From NCBI RefSeq assembly GCF_044704955.1, contig NW_027251778.1, positions 372,001 to 436,000 on the forward strand: a stretch of 64,000 nt of DNA, read 5' to 3'. The translations under genes were made by a program, and so were the position numbers. How positions within the stretch are numbered: position 1 is the first letter of the stretch; each line of letters starts with the position of its first letter. The DNA comes from Pristiophorus japonicus. Its lineage: Eukaryota. Positions 50,345 through 63,877 of this stretch are shown here, piece by piece. The notes beneath the pieces were generated by a model. It was not told the origin of the DNA, made no database searches, and saw only the letters and a program-made list of their open reading frames with translations.

Positions 50345-51650
50345 GAATGAAGAGAGTGTTCGACGACCAGGCCCTCAAATCTGGCACGAAGCTCATGGTC
50401 TACAGGGCTGTAGTAATACCCGACCCTCCTGTATGGCTCGGAGAATTGGACCATGTACATTCACACTTCCCAAGCCATCACCATTTAAATAATACTTTGT
50501 CCTTATGTTTTTCCTCCCAAAGTGGATAACTTCACATTTATCCGCGCTAAACTGTATCTGCCATGTGTTTGCCCACTCACTCAACCGGTCTCAATCGCCC
50601 TGCAGCGTCTCTGCATGCTCCTCACAACTCACAATTCACCTAGTTTTGTGTCGTCAGAAAACTTGGAAATATTAACAATCACACGACACATTACCAGTTC
50701 ATCCACCAGGCTAACAACCACCTGCCCCATCGTGGATCCCCCGAACCCAACTGGTCGGGGTTTTATTGAGTCTTGTGAACATCACGTGACCGGCTCAGTC
50801 ACTCCCAACTCTACCAACCTGTGAGCATTACTCACAGGGGCACACATTACTGCTGTTCCAAGTGTTCGACAATCAGGCCCTCATATCCATCACCAAGCTC
50901 ATGGTCTACAGGGCTGTCGTAATACCCGCCCTCCTGTATGGCCCAGAGACATGGACCATGTACAGTGGGTATCTCACCCCCAGCTCATGGACTACAGGGC
51001 TGTAGTGATACACACCCTCCTGTATGACCCAGAGACATGGACCATGTACAGTAGGTATCTCACCCCCAGCTCATGGTCTACAGACTGTCGTAACACCCGC
51101 CCTCCTGTATGGCCCAGAGACATGGACCATGTACAGTAAACACTTCAAGTCGCTGGAGAAATACCACCAATGCTGCCTCCGCAAGATCCTGCAAATCCCC
51201 TGGGAGGACATCCCCAGCATTGAAGACTGACCACACTCGTCTGCATGCCCCGACACGAGACTCCCAAAGCGCTCTACTCGGAACTCCTACACGGCACGCG
51301 AGCCCCAGGTGGGCAGAGGAAACGATTCATGGACACCCTCAAATCCTCCCTGATAACATGCAACATCCCCATTGATATCTGTGAGTCCCTGGCCAAAGAT
51401 CGCCCTAAGTGGAGGAAGTGCATCCGGGAGGGCGCTGAGCACCTTGAGTCTCGTCGCATGCAGAAAGCAAATGCAGGCAGCGGAAGGAGGGTGTGGCAAA
51501 CCAGACTTCCCCACCCACCCTTTGCTGCAACCACTGAGAGTCGCACCTGTGACAGAGACTGTAATTTCTGTACTGGATTGTTCAGTCACCTGATAATTCA
51601 CTTTCAGAGCGGAAGCAAGTCTTTCTCGTCAGGGAGGGACTGCCTATGAT
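50345..51650 (+). mobile_element. RTE-type LINE 3' fragment with internal triplication (about 50895-51140) and a nested CR1 piece
   Basis: Motifs LLYGPETWTMYSKH, LEKYHQCCLRKILQIPWED, GGQRKRFMDTLKSSL and a C-terminal CxxC..H remnant. Confidence 0.8.
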
Positions 51651-52844
51651 GACCGCCAGACAGCAACCTGGTTGGTCAAGTACAAACTTGGTCCAATGCA
51701 GTTTAGTATGACGTACGTTGGCATAGGGGCGGTATTACTGGATTAGTAATCCCGCAGGTCTAAACTAATGATTTGGGGACATGAGTTCAATGCCCACCTC
51801 AGCAAGTGAAGAATTTAATTCCGGTTCAATAATCTGAAACTTAAAGATGGTTATTAGTAATGGTGACCATGAACTTGTCAGACTGTTGGAAAAATCCATC
51901 TGGTTCATTAATGGGAAGGAAATCTGCTGCCCTTACCCGGTCTGGCCGATATTTGAATCTAGATACATATTTGACACATCACTGCCGTTTGAAATGCCCA
52001 GCAGACCATTCAATTGTATACAGAGGTTCAGGACCATCTTCTCAGGGGCAATTAGGGATGGGAAATAAATGCTGGCCTTCAACGAATAAATAAATAAAAA
52101 TGTGGCTATACGGGTTAAGCTAATTTTGGGATATTTCACCTCTAATCTTCAACTTCCTACCAGGAACCATTCCCTCTGTCATACACTCCCTCTCACTGTC
52201 TCTGTCTTTGTGTGTGTGTCTCTCCGTCTCTCTCTCTCTCTCTCTCTGGAAAACTCTCACTGTCTCTGTCTCGTTCTCTCTCTACCTCTCTCTCTCTCTG
52301 TTTCTCTGTCTCTGTCTGTGTCTCTCTCTCTCCGTCTCTNNNNNNNNNNNNNNNNNNNNNNNNNNNNNNNNNNNNNNNNNNNNNNNNNNNNNNNNNNNNN
52401 NNNNNNNNNNNNNNNNNNNNNNNNNNNNNNNNNNNNNNNNNNNNNNNNNNNNNNNNNNNNNNNNNNNNNNNNNNNNNNNNNNNCATCTCTCCTTCTCCCT
52501 TTCTCTGTCTCGCTCGCTCTATCTCTCTTTGTCTCTCTCCCTCAATCTATCTCTCCCTCTCTGTGTTCCTCATTGGGGAGGGGAGAAACATTCAGAAAGC
52601 CTTCATGCTGGATCTTGCTAAATGCGTTGTCTATTAGTATTATTGGAGGTTGTGCCTCACTCAGTTGAATCAAAGCACATCGTGGTCAAATAGCTGTCTG
52701 TCTCTCCTTCTGTCTATTTCACTGTCTATTCTCGGGCACGATTGACTTGAATTGGGGGCAGTAGGAGTCACTCAATGGGACCTGAAACTTTGCGAAAGAG
52801 GGAATTAGATACATTCTACAGTGGAACAAAATGTCTAACCTGTA

Positions 52845-53460
52845 TAGAAATAGGAGCAGCAGTAGGCCATTTGGCCCCTCGAGCCCGCACTGCCAATCAA
52901 TATGATCATGGCTGATTCTCTGTCTCAACAACACATTCCCCCTTTCTCCCCGTAACCCTTGATGCCCTTTGTGTCCAGAAACCTATCCATCTCCCTCTGA
53001 AATATATTCCTTGAATTGGCCTCCACAGCCTTCTGTGGCAAAGAAATTAGGGAAAATTTCTCTTCATCTCGGTCTTAAATTTCCTACCCCGTATCCTGAG
53101 ACTGTGACGCCTTGTTCTAGACTTCCCAACCCGGGTAAACATCCTCCCCGCATCCAGTCTGTCCAGCACCAAAAGAATTTTACAGGTTTCAATGAGATCC
53201 CTTTCATTCTTCTGAACTCGAGTGAATACGGGCCTACTCGACCCAATCTCTCGTCTTACGATAGTCCTGCCATCCCAGGAATCAGTCTGGTGAACCTTCG
53301 CTCAACTCCCTCTATGGCAAATGCATCCTTTCTTAGGTAAGGAGACCAAAAACTTTAACCTTTATAATAGATCTAACATTTTCCCTACTACTGCTGTTAG
53401 GCTAACCGGTCTGTAGTTCCCGTTTTGTCTCTCCCTCCTTCATTAAATAGTGGGTTACAT
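52845..53460 (-). mobile_element. CR1 LINE fragment
   Basis: Encodes GRVGPYSLEFRRMKG, followed by a CR1 tail. Confidence 0.78.
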
Positions 53461-53495
53461 TTTCCATGCTCCGGTCTGCAGGGAACTTCTCATAC

Positions 53496-53605
53496 CTTCA
53501 ACTTGAGCACCAGGATGGTGACTACGGCCATGTAAAGTATGCTCTTGGAGATGAGTAAAGTATACGTTGTTTTTGCGAGAATTTGTTGATTTTGGACACG
53601 CTCCG
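53496..53605 (-). CDS. Second TCR-beta-like C gene, connecting peptide + TM exon: AERVQNQQILAKTTYTLLISKSILYMAVVTILVLKLK
   Basis: Minus strand: ttcctgtgtcttgcag|CG GAG...TTG AAG|GTATGA. 110 nt, phase 1-0, with the Y-x5-K-x3-Y TM motif. 16/27 residues from AK to the final K match TRBC exon 3. Confidence 0.92.
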
Positions 53606-54559
53606 CTGCAAGACACAGGAAGTAGGAGAAAATTGATTGCCGCGAAATTCCACTTCAGTGAAAACAACTTGCATTGACATAGCACCCTTCCCATCCTGTT
53701 CTCAGAAGCATAAATCGGACAAATATTGACACCGAGCCACAGGATGAGATACTGGCGCTGAAATTGCGTTCTGAGGCCTCCCACCTGAAACACTTCTACG
53801 CCAGTATCTGGTGGTCCCGGAGGGGCGTGGGCTTGCGGGGGAGGGGGTGGGTGGTGTGCTTTTCTTCCCGCGCTGCGAAGTGCGCTCCCTTCCTCCAGGT
53901 TCGAACCGCAGACGTGTGACTGATCAGACAATCAGGTACAGTATACTTACTGTAATATCAATGGGAACTCATTGATATTAGTTGAGAGAAAATAACCCAA
54001 ACACAATAACACCGCATTAAAAATTAAAAACACACCTCACATAATTAAAATTAATTGAAATTAAATGTAATAAATGAATCAGAGAAAAAAAGTTGCGAGT
54101 TTTCAAAAAGTTTTTAAAATTATTGTTTAAAATAAATTTAACATAGTGGGCTGGGATTTTAAAAATAAAGTGTGTTCTTTAAAGTTTATTTTATTATATT
54201 TTTGCAAGTTTTTAAGCACTTACACCTGTAATAGTGGGCGATATACTGCTTTTATCAGGCGCAAAAATTTTGAGGCTATTTTCTGGGCAACATATGTGAA
54301 TGCTCGCAATCTTGCCCTTACAAATGTTCTCCCTCCCGAGATACGTGCGATCTGTCAAGCTCCACCTTGACAGATCGGAAAAGGCGGTTTTCTGTGCATG
54401 CATCGGCTTTTGCGATGCCATCCCAAGTAAGTCCAAGATTTCCAGGCCATTAATACAGGCGACCAAATACCGGTATGTATTCAGGAATCTAAAAAGAGAG
54501 TTAGAGGGGCAGAGGTGGACAGATATAGGGAGGGACTGACAGAGCTTCGCACCAAGGTA

Positions 54560-57500
54560 ACATAGTTCTCAGAGGGGATAGTTCAGCTGGAGGGGTGTTA
54601 CAGAGATAGGGAGGGGTGCAGAGGCTGGGGGCGGGGGGTTACAGAGATAGGGAGAGTTCTAGGGGCTGGAGGAGATTACAGAGGTAGGGAGGGATGTAGG
54701 GGATGGAGGAGGTTACAGAGATAGGGAGGGGTATAGGGGCTGAACAAGGTTGCAGAGATATGGAGGGGTGTAGCGGCTGGAGGGGATTACAGTGAAAGGG
54801 AGGGGTGTAGGGCTGGCGGAGGGTACAGAGATAGGGAGGGGTGTAGTGGCTGGAGGAGCTTACAGGAATAGGGAGGGTTGTTGAGGCTGGAGGAGGTTAC
54901 ATAGATAGGGACGGTTGTATGGGGTTTGAGGACATTACACAGATATGGATGGCTGTCGGGACTGGAAGAGGTTACATAGATAGGGAGGGTTGTACGGACT
55001 GGAAGGGTTACAGAGATAGGCAGGCGTGTAGGGGCAGTAGGAGGTTACAGAGATAGGGAGGGGTGTAGTGTATGGTGGAGGTTACAGAGATAAGGAGGGG
55101 TGCAGGGACTGGAGGAGGTTACAGAGATACGGAGGGGTGCAGGGACTGGAGGAGGATACAGAGATAGGGAGGGGTTTAGGGGCTGGAGTAGGATACAGAG
55201 ATAGGGAGGGGTGAAGGGGCTGGAGGAGCTTATAGAGTGATGGAGGGGTGTAGGAACTGGAGGCAGTTGCAGAGCAAGGGAGTGGTGTAGTCGGATGGAG
55301 GATGTTGCAGAGATAGGGAGGGGTGCATGGCCTGGAGGCGATAACAGAGATCGGGAAGGGTATATCGGCTTGAGGTGGTTACAATGATAGGGAGGGCTGT
55401 AGAGGCTGGAGTAGGTTACAGAGCTATAAAGGGGTATAGGGTCCTGAACAGATTACAGAAACAGGGAGGTGAGTAGGGGCTGGAGGAGGTTACAGGGATA
55501 AGGATGGTGTAGGGTTTGGAGGAGTTTACAAAGATAGGAGGGGTGCAGGGGAAGGAGGAGGCTGCAGAAATAGGGAGGGGTGTAAGGATTTTTGAGTGTT
55601 ACAGCGACAGGGAAGTGTGTATGTTCTGCAGGTCGTGTAGAGGCTGGAAGCGGTTAAAGACATAGGGAGCGGTGTATCTGCTGATGGAGGTTACAGAGGT
55701 AGGGCGGAGTTTAGGGGCTGGAGGAGGTTACATAGATAGGGAGGGTTGTACGGGTTGGAGGGGGTTACAGAGATACAGAGGGGTGCAGGGGCTGGAGGAG
55801 GTTACAGAGATAGGGAGGGGTGTAGGGGCTGGAGTAGGATACAGAGATAGGGAGGGGTGAAGTGGCTGGAGGAGGTTACAGAGATAGGGAGGGGTGTCGG
55901 AGCTGGAGGAGGTTACAGCGATAGGGAGGGGTGTAGGGTCTGGAGCAAGTTGCAGATATAAGGAGGGGGTAGAGGCTTCAGGAATTTACACAAATAGGGA
56001 GGGGTGTAAGGGCGGGATGGGATAACAGAGGTAGGGAGATGCGCAGGGGCTAGAGGAGGTTGCAGAGTTAGGGGGAGGTGTGGAGGCTGGAGGAGGTTAC
56101 AGCGATAGGAATGGTTCTAGGAGCTTAAGGAGGTACAAGAGATCGGGTGGTGTGCAGGGGAAGAAGGAGGTTGCGGAGATAGGGAGGGGTGTCGGGGTGT
56201 CTTGAAAGTTGCAGTGATAGGGAAGAGTGTATGGTCTGCAGGTGGTTACAGAGCTAGCGAGGGGTGTAGGAGCAGGAGTTGGTTACACAGCTAGGGAGAG
56301 GTGTAGGGGCTGGAGGATGTTACAGATATAGGGTAGAGTGCAGGTGCTGGAGGATGTTACAGAGATAGGGACGGATGTAGGGGCTGGAGGAGGTTACAGA
56401 GATAGGGACGGCTGTCGAGGCTGGAGCAAGTTCCAGCGACATAAAGGGGTGTAGGGTCTGGTGGTATTTACTGAAATAGGGAGGGGTGTAGGGGCTGGAG
56501 GAGGATACAGGGATAGGGAAGGGTGTATGGTCTGCAGTTGGTTACAGAGCTCGGGATTGGTGTAGCGTCTGGAGCAGGTTACAGAGATTGCGAGTGGTGT
56601 AGAGGCTGGAGGCGGTGACAGAGAAAGGGAAGGGTGTAGGGGCTGGGGGAGGTGACAAAGATAGGGAGGATTAAACGGGCTGGAGGGCATTACAGAGGAA
56701 GGGATGGGTGTAGTGGGTTGGAAGACGTTACAGAGATAGGGACGGGGTAGAGGGATCGTGTTACAAGGATAGGGAGGGGTGTAGGGGCTGGAGGAGGTTA
56801 CAGAGATAGGGGGGGGTGTAGGGGCTGGAGGGGGTTAAAGAGATAGGGAGGGGTGTACGGGCTGGAGGAGGTTACAGCGATAGGGAGGTGTGTAGGGGCT
56901 GGATGAGCTTACAGAGATAGCGCGATGATTGTAGAGTCTGGAGGGCCTTACAAGTTAGGGAGAGGTGCAGGTGTGGACGGGGTTACATAGATATGAACGG
57001 GCATAGGGGCTGGAGGACGTTACAGAGATAGGGAGGGATGTAGGGCTGGTGGAGGTTAAGGAGATAGGGAAGGGTGTAGGGGCTGGAGGAGGTTACAGAG
57101 ATAGGGAAGGGTGTAGGGGCTGGCGGGGATTACTGAGATAGGGAGGGGTGTAGGGGCTGAAGGAGATTACAGAAATAGGAAGTGTATCGGGGCTGGAGGA
57201 GGTTACAGAGATAGGGAGGGGTGTAGCGGCTGGAGGAGGTTACAGAGATAGGGAGGGATGTAGGGGCTGGAGGTGTTTACAGAGAAAGGGAGGGATGTAG
57301 TGTCTGGAGGAGCTTAAAGATATAGGGAGGTGTGTACTAGCTGGAGGAGGTTAAAAAGATAGGGAGTGTTGTAAGGACTGCAGTAGTTTACAGAGATAGT
57401 GAGTGATGTATGGGCTGGAAGTGGTGACAGATATTGGGTGGGGTGTTGGAGCCCGAGGAGATTAAAGGGATCGCGAAGGGTGCTCGGGCTGGAGAACGTT

Positions 57501-60500
57501 ACAGAATTTGGGACGGGTGTAGGGGCTGGAGGATTTTACAGATTGTGGAAGGATTTTACGGGCTGGAGGAGGTTACAGAGATGGGGTGATTATAAGGATT
57601 GGGGGAGGTTACAGGTATAGAGGCGGGTGTTGGGGCCGGAGCAGGTTACAGAGTTAGGGAGGTGTTTCGTGGCTGGAGGAGCCTACAGTGATAGGGAGGT
57701 GTTTCGTGGCTGGACGAGTTTACAGAGATAGAGAGTGGTGTAGGATCTGGAGGAGGTTACAGAGATAGGGAGGGGTATAGAGGTGGAGGAAAAACATAAA
57801 AAACCTCACAAAAAAAACAAACCCGCCCCCAAAAAAAAACACAGAAAAGGGCACTAGAAAACTGTTTGCAATGTTCCTCCTATTTTTAATCAGGTGGCAC
57901 TTGATTTAATTGTTTATTTTGTCTTCAACTACAAGATTTGCCGAGGTGGAGGAGGTTACAGTCATATGGAGGTGTGTAGGAGCTGGAGGAGCAAACGCAC
58001 ATCGGGATGATTGTAGGGGCTGGAGGGGTGTACAGAGTTAGGAAGAGGTGCAGGGGCTGGAGGGGGTTACAGAGATAGAGAAAGGTGCAGGGGCTGGAGG
58101 AGGTTACAGAGATAGGGAGGGGTGTAGGGGCTGGAGGAGGTTACAGAGAAATGGAGGGGTGTAGAGGCTGGAGGAGGTTACAGAGATAGGAAGGGGTGTA
58201 GGGGCTGGAGGAGGTTACAGAGATAGGGAGAGGTGTAGGGGCTGGATGAGGTTACAGAGATAGGGAGGGGTGTTGGGTCTGGAGGAGGTTACAGAGGTAG
58301 GGAGCGATGTAGGGGTTGGAGGAGGTTACAGAGATAGGTAAGGGTGGGGTGGCTGGAGGTAGTTACAGAGAAGGGAATGTTGTAGGAGCAGGAGGAGGTT
58401 GCAGAAATCTGGAAGGACTATCGGGGCTGGAGGTGTTTACAGATATAGGAATTTGTGTAGTACTGGCGGTGGCAACACAGTCAGCGAGGGGTGTAGAGGC
58501 TGGAGGACGTTGCAGATTTAGCGAGGTTTTTTGGGACTGTAGAAGGTTACTGAGGCAGGGAGGGTGGAGGAGCTGGAGGAGGGAGGAGGTTATAGAGTCA
58601 GGGAGGGCTGTAGGGCTGGAGGGGGTTACAAAGATAGGGAGTGTTGTAGCGGCTGATGATAGGGAGGGTGGAGGTGCTGGATTGGGCTACAGTGATATGG
58701 CGGTGTGTAGAAGTTGGAGGGGTTTATAGTGACCGTGATGATTTTAGGGGCTGGAGGGGATTACAGAGGTTCAGCGAGGCTGGAGCATGAAACAGAGATA
58801 GGAAGGTGTGTACGGGCTGAAGGAGGTTAGAGAGATAGGGTGGGTTTCGGGGCAAGAGTAGGGTTTTAGCGATTGCAGGGTTTTACAAGAGGATGTTACA
58901 GAGATCTCGATGGTTGGGGGAGGGGGCGTTACAGAGGTAGGGAGGCGTGTATAGGCTGGGAGAGGTTGCAGAGATAGGGAGGGTTCTAGGGGCTGGAGGA
59001 GTTTACAAAGATAGGGAGGGGTGTAGTGACAGGAAGAGATTTCAGAGATCGGGATAGGTATAGGGGCTGGAGGAGGTTACAGAGTTAGGGAAGGCTGTGG
59101 GGAATGGAGGAGGTTACAGAGATAGGGACGGGTGTAGGAGCCAGAGGAGGTTACAGAGATAGGGAGAGCTGTAGGGACTGGAGGTATTTACAGAGATAGG
59201 ATGTTGTTTGGTGCTGGAGGTGGTTACACAAATAGCGAGGGGTGTAGGGGCTGGAGGATGTTCCAGGTATAAGGAGGGGTGTAGGGGCTAGAGGATGTTA
59301 CACAGATGGGGCGAGGTGTAGGGACTGCAGGGTGCTACAGAGATGGGTGCCTTGTAGTGGTTAGAGGCGGGTGTAGGATCTGCAGGATGTTACAAAGGTA
59401 GGGAGGCATGTAGGGGCTGGAGGACGTTACAGTGATAGGGAGGGTGTAGCGGATGATGGAGATTACAGAGACAGGGAGGGTGGAGGGGCTGGAGGGGGTT
59501 ATCGTGAAATGGAGGCGTATAGGAGCTGAAGGATGTCACCGGGATTGGGGTGGTTGTAGAGGCGGGAGAGGGTTGGACATGTAGCAAGGGATGTAGGGGC
59601 TGGAGGAGGTTAGAGAGTTTGGGAGGATTTTAGGGGCTGGAGAAGGTTACAGAGATCGTGGGGTTTTAGGGGTTCGATCAGGTTAGATAGATAGAAGGGT
59701 GTGTAAGGACTGGAGGAGGTCGCAGAGATAGGGAGGGGTGTAGAGACTGGACGAGTTTACAGAGATAGGGAGGTGTTTACTGGCTGAAGGAGGTTACAGA
59801 GATGGGGAGTGTTGTATGGGCTGAAGGAGCATTCTGAGCTAGGGAAGGCTTTCGGGGCTGGAGTTGCTGACAAAGATAGTGAGGACTTTAGGGAATGAAG
59901 GAGGATACGGAGAAAGGGCGGGGTGTGCGGGCTGGAAGAGAGTACAGAGATAGGGAGGGGTGTAGGAGCCTTCGGATGTTACAGAAATAGGGAGAGCTGT
60001 CGGGGCTGGAGGTGTTTACAGAGATAGGGAGTTGTGTGGTGCTGTTGGAGGTTACCCCTCCCTTTCTCCGTATTCTCCTCCATTCCCTATAGCCCTCCCT
60101 CTGTCGGTAAGCACCTCCAGCCCTTATAGCCTTCTCTAGCTCAGTAAACTCAGATAGCGAGGTTCGTAGAGGCTGGAGAAAGTTCCCGGTATCAGGAGAG
60201 GTATAGGGCTGGAGGATGTTACACAGATAGGGGGCGATGTAGGGACTGGAGGATGTTACAGAGGTGAGTGCGCTGTAGTGGCTGGAGGAGGTTACAGAGA
60301 TATAGCGGGGTGTAGGAGCTGGAGGATGTTACATAGATCTCGATGGTTGGAGAGGCGGGGGTATTACAGACGTAGGGAGGCGTGTATAGGCTGGGAGAGG
60401 TTGCAGAGATAGGGAAGGGTGAAGGGGATGGAGCAGTTTACAGAGATATGGAGGGTTCTATGGGCTTGAGGACTTTACAGAGATAGGGAGGGTGGAGGGG

Positions 60501-61180
60501 ATGGAGAGGGTTACAGTGAACTGCATGGGTGTAGGAGCTGGAGGATGTTACAGAGATAGAGATGGTTGCAGGGATTGGAGGGGGTTGCAGAGCTAGGGAA
60601 GTGTGTAGGGGCTGGAGGAGGTTACAGAGATATGGAGAGCTGTGCTGGCTGGAGGTGTTTGCAGAGATGGGGAGCGGTGAAGGGGCTGTAGGGGTTTGCA
60701 GAGATGGGGAGCTCTGTAGTGAATGGAGTGGGTTACAGAGAAAAGGAGGGGTGTAAGAGCTGGAAGATGTTACAGAGATAGGGAGGTTTCTAGAGGCTGG
60801 ATGAGGTTGCAGAGAAAGGGAGGGGTGTAGGGGCTGAATGAGGGTCCAGGTATAAGGAAGGATGTGGGGGCTGGGTGATGTTAAACAAATTGGGAGTGGT
60901 GTAGGTGTTGGCTGTGATACAGAGCTCGGGAGCGGTGTAGTGGTTGTAGGGGGTTAAAGAGATGGGTGCTTTGTTGGGGTTGGAGGAGGTAACATGGATA
61001 GGGAGGGGTGTAGGGGCTGGAGGTGTTTGCAGAGATAGGGAGCAGTTTCGAGACAGGAGGAGCTTACAGAGCTAGGGATGGCTGACGGGGCTGGATGGGA
61101 TTTCAGAGATAGGGAGGGGTGTTGGGGCTGGAGGATGTTTCAGGTATAAGGAGGGGTGTAGAGGATTAGCGTCATACAGA
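54560..61180 (+). repeat. About 6.6-kb degenerate 37-bp G-rich minisatellite expanded inside an L2 fragment
   Basis: Unit GTTACAGAGATAGGGAGGGGTGTAGGGGCTGGAGGAG, roughly 175 copies, with L2-like flanks. Interrupted at about 57790-57945 and 60055-60150. Confidence 0.92.
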
Positions 61181-61684
61181 GATCAGAAGCGGGCGAGGCC
61201 ATGAAGGATTACGACAACAAGAATGAGAATTTTGAAACTGAGTTTTCGTCAGACCGGTGACCCATAGCGGGCGATTGGTGAAAGGGATTTGATGCTTGTT
61301 AGGGCACGGCAGGGGAAAGTAATAATAATAATATAGGATTTATTCCTGTCTCAACTTTAACAAAGCAGTCGACAATGTCCCCACAAGTCTCGGTTGGAAA
61401 CGCTTTCCATTACCTCGATCTCGAAAGCAGGGACTCCCTTGCTGGCCACCTCACGTTTGGAAGAATGCGAAATTATTTGAGAAGGTGCAGAAAAGCTTCC
61501 AGACATAAGGGATTTCAGTTACGTGGAGGGACTGGAGAGCTGGGATTGTTCTCCTGAGAGTAGAGAAGGTAGAGAGGAAATTTGATAGAGGTATTCAACA
61601 ACGTGAGCGGTCCGGACAGAGTAGTTTCCCGGCATCTCAAATGTTAGTGGCCCGAAACGGGGAGGTAGTGAATGTCTCTCCCTA

Positions 61685-62530
61685 TAAGAACAGAAGAACA
61701 TAAGAAATGCGATCAGGACTAGACCATTCGGCCCCAGGAGACTGCTCCGCCACTCAATAAGATCATGGCTGATCTAATCATGGACTCAGCTCCACTTCCC
61801 CGCCCGCTCCCCATAACCCTTCACTCCCCTATCGTTCAAAAATCTGTCTATCTCCGCCTTAAATATATTCAATGAACCAGCCTCCACAACTCTCTGGGAC
61901 AGAGTATTCCACAGATTTACAACACTCTGAGAGACAACATTCCTCATCAGCATCAGTTTAAAATGGGCGGCCTCTTATTCTAAGACTATGTCCCCTAGTT
62001 TTAGTTTCCCCTATGAGTGGAAATATCCTCTCTGCATCTACCTTGTCGAGCCCCCTCATTATCTTATATGTTTCGATAAGATCACCTTTTATTCGTCTGA
62101 ACTCCAATGCGTAGAGGTCCAACCTACTCAACCTTTCCTCATAAGTCAATCCCTTCATCTCCGGAATCAACGAGTGAATCATCTCTGAACAGCGTCCAAT
62201 GCAAGTATATCCTTCGTTTAAAAATGGAGACCAAAACTGCACGCAGTACTCCAGGTGTGGCCTCACCAATACCCTGTACAGTTGTCGCAGGACTTCTCTG
62301 CTTTTATACTCCATCCCCTTTGCCCTTTGCAATGAAGGCCAATATTCCATTTGCCTTCCTGATCACTTGCTGTACCTGCATGCTAACATTTTGTGTTTCA
62401 TGCACAAGTACCCCCAGGTCCCGCTGTACTGCAGCACTTTGCAATGTTTCTCCATTTAAATAATAACTTGCTCTTTGATTTTTCTTCTGCCATACTTTCC
62501 AACTTTATACTCCATCTGCCAAATTTCACT
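61685..62530 (-). mobile_element. CR1 LINE 3' fragment
   Basis: Encodes GMEYKSREVLRQLYRVLVRPHLEYCVQFWSP. Confidence 0.87.
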
Positions 62531-62824
62531 TTAACTATCCTGTCTGTGCCACTGAATATATTTTAAACTTCGATCAAATCAGCCCCTCATCTTCTACATT
62601 GCAGGCAATGCAACCACAGTACGTGTAATATTTCCATTTAATTTAACCCTTGGAATACTGGTATCATTCCAGTAAATTTCCGCTGCTGTTTTTCCAAGGC
62701 GCGGTGCCCAGAACTGAACAAAGTCCTTCAGTTGTGGTCTAAACAGGGCTTTGTAGAGCTGTATCAGGACTTCTAACAGCTTATATTCTAGTCATTTAGA
62801 AATAAAGGTAAGCACGGAAGCACA

Positions 62825-63745
62825 GAATACAAGAGAACTGTATAAAACACAAGTTAGGTCACAGTTGGAGTACTGCGTGCAGCTTTGTTCACCACATTTC
62901 AGGACAAAATATGATTGAATTGGAGAGGATACAGAGGAGATTTACCTGGATGTTGGATGAGAGAGGGTACAGAGGAGATTTACCAGGATGTTGCACGAGA
63001 GAGGGTACAGAGGAGATTTACCAGGATGTTGCACTGGAGAGGGTACAGAAGAGATTTACCAGGATGTTGGATGAGAGAGGGTACAGAGGACATTTACCAG
63101 GATGTTGCACTAGAGAGGGTACAGAGGAGATTTACCAGGATGTTGCACTAGAGAGGGTACAGAGGAGATTTACAAGGATGTTGCATGAGAGAGGTTACAA
63201 AGGAGATTTAAAAGGATGCTGCACTAGAGAGAGTACAGAGGAGATTTACCAGGATGTTGCACGAGAGAGTGTACAGGGGAGATTTACGAGGATGTTGTCT
63301 GAACTGGAGAATTTTAGCGATGAGGAAAGATTGGAGATGCTGGGGTTGTTTTCTTTGGAACAGAGTTGGCTGAGGGGAGATCTGATTGAGGTGTACACAA
63401 TTATGAGGGGCCTTTATAGAGTGGATAGGAAGGACCCGTTTCCTTTGGCAGAGGGACAACAACCAGGGGGCATAGAATTAAAGTAATTGGGGGTAGGTGC
63501 AGCGGGGATTTCAGATGAATTAATTTTACCCAGAGGTTGGTTGCCTCTGGATCTCAATACCTGAAAGGGTGGAAGAGGCTGAAACCCTCACCACATTTGG
63601 ATGTGCACCTTGAGGTGCCGTAATCTACAGGGCTACGGACCGAGAGATGGAAAGTGGGCTTCGGCTGGATAGCTGTTGGTCGGTTGGCACGGACACTTTG
63701 GGCCGAAATGGCCTCCTTCCGCACTGTAAATTTCTATGATTCTAT
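62825..63745 (+). mobile_element. CR1 fragment with internal 38-bp tandem amplification (about 62920-63300, about 10 copies)
   Basis: Unit GAGAGGGTACAGAGGAGATTTACCAGGATGTTGCACTA, from the ERVQRRFTRML coding stretch. Confidence 0.85.
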
Positions 63746-63877
63746 AAGTCCGTGAGCGTTTTTAATTGTTAATTCGGACCTGTCCAGGACAAATTAAAAC
63801 GAGCCCCTGAATGTGTGCGCGGGAAGGAGAGACAAAAACAGATCAACGCAGACATATAAAATATTGGGTGTGCTTAC

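Noticed and set aside
61375-61560. Possible additional minus-strand exon of the second C gene (GAG|GTAATG)
   Set aside because: No good acceptor, the sequence resembles decayed CR1, and hinge-to-TM spacing already matches C-beta without it.
62911-63486. 191-aa ORF with repeated CCTREGTEEIYQDV motifs
   Set aside because: It is a 38-bp tandem amplification within a CR1 RT fragment.
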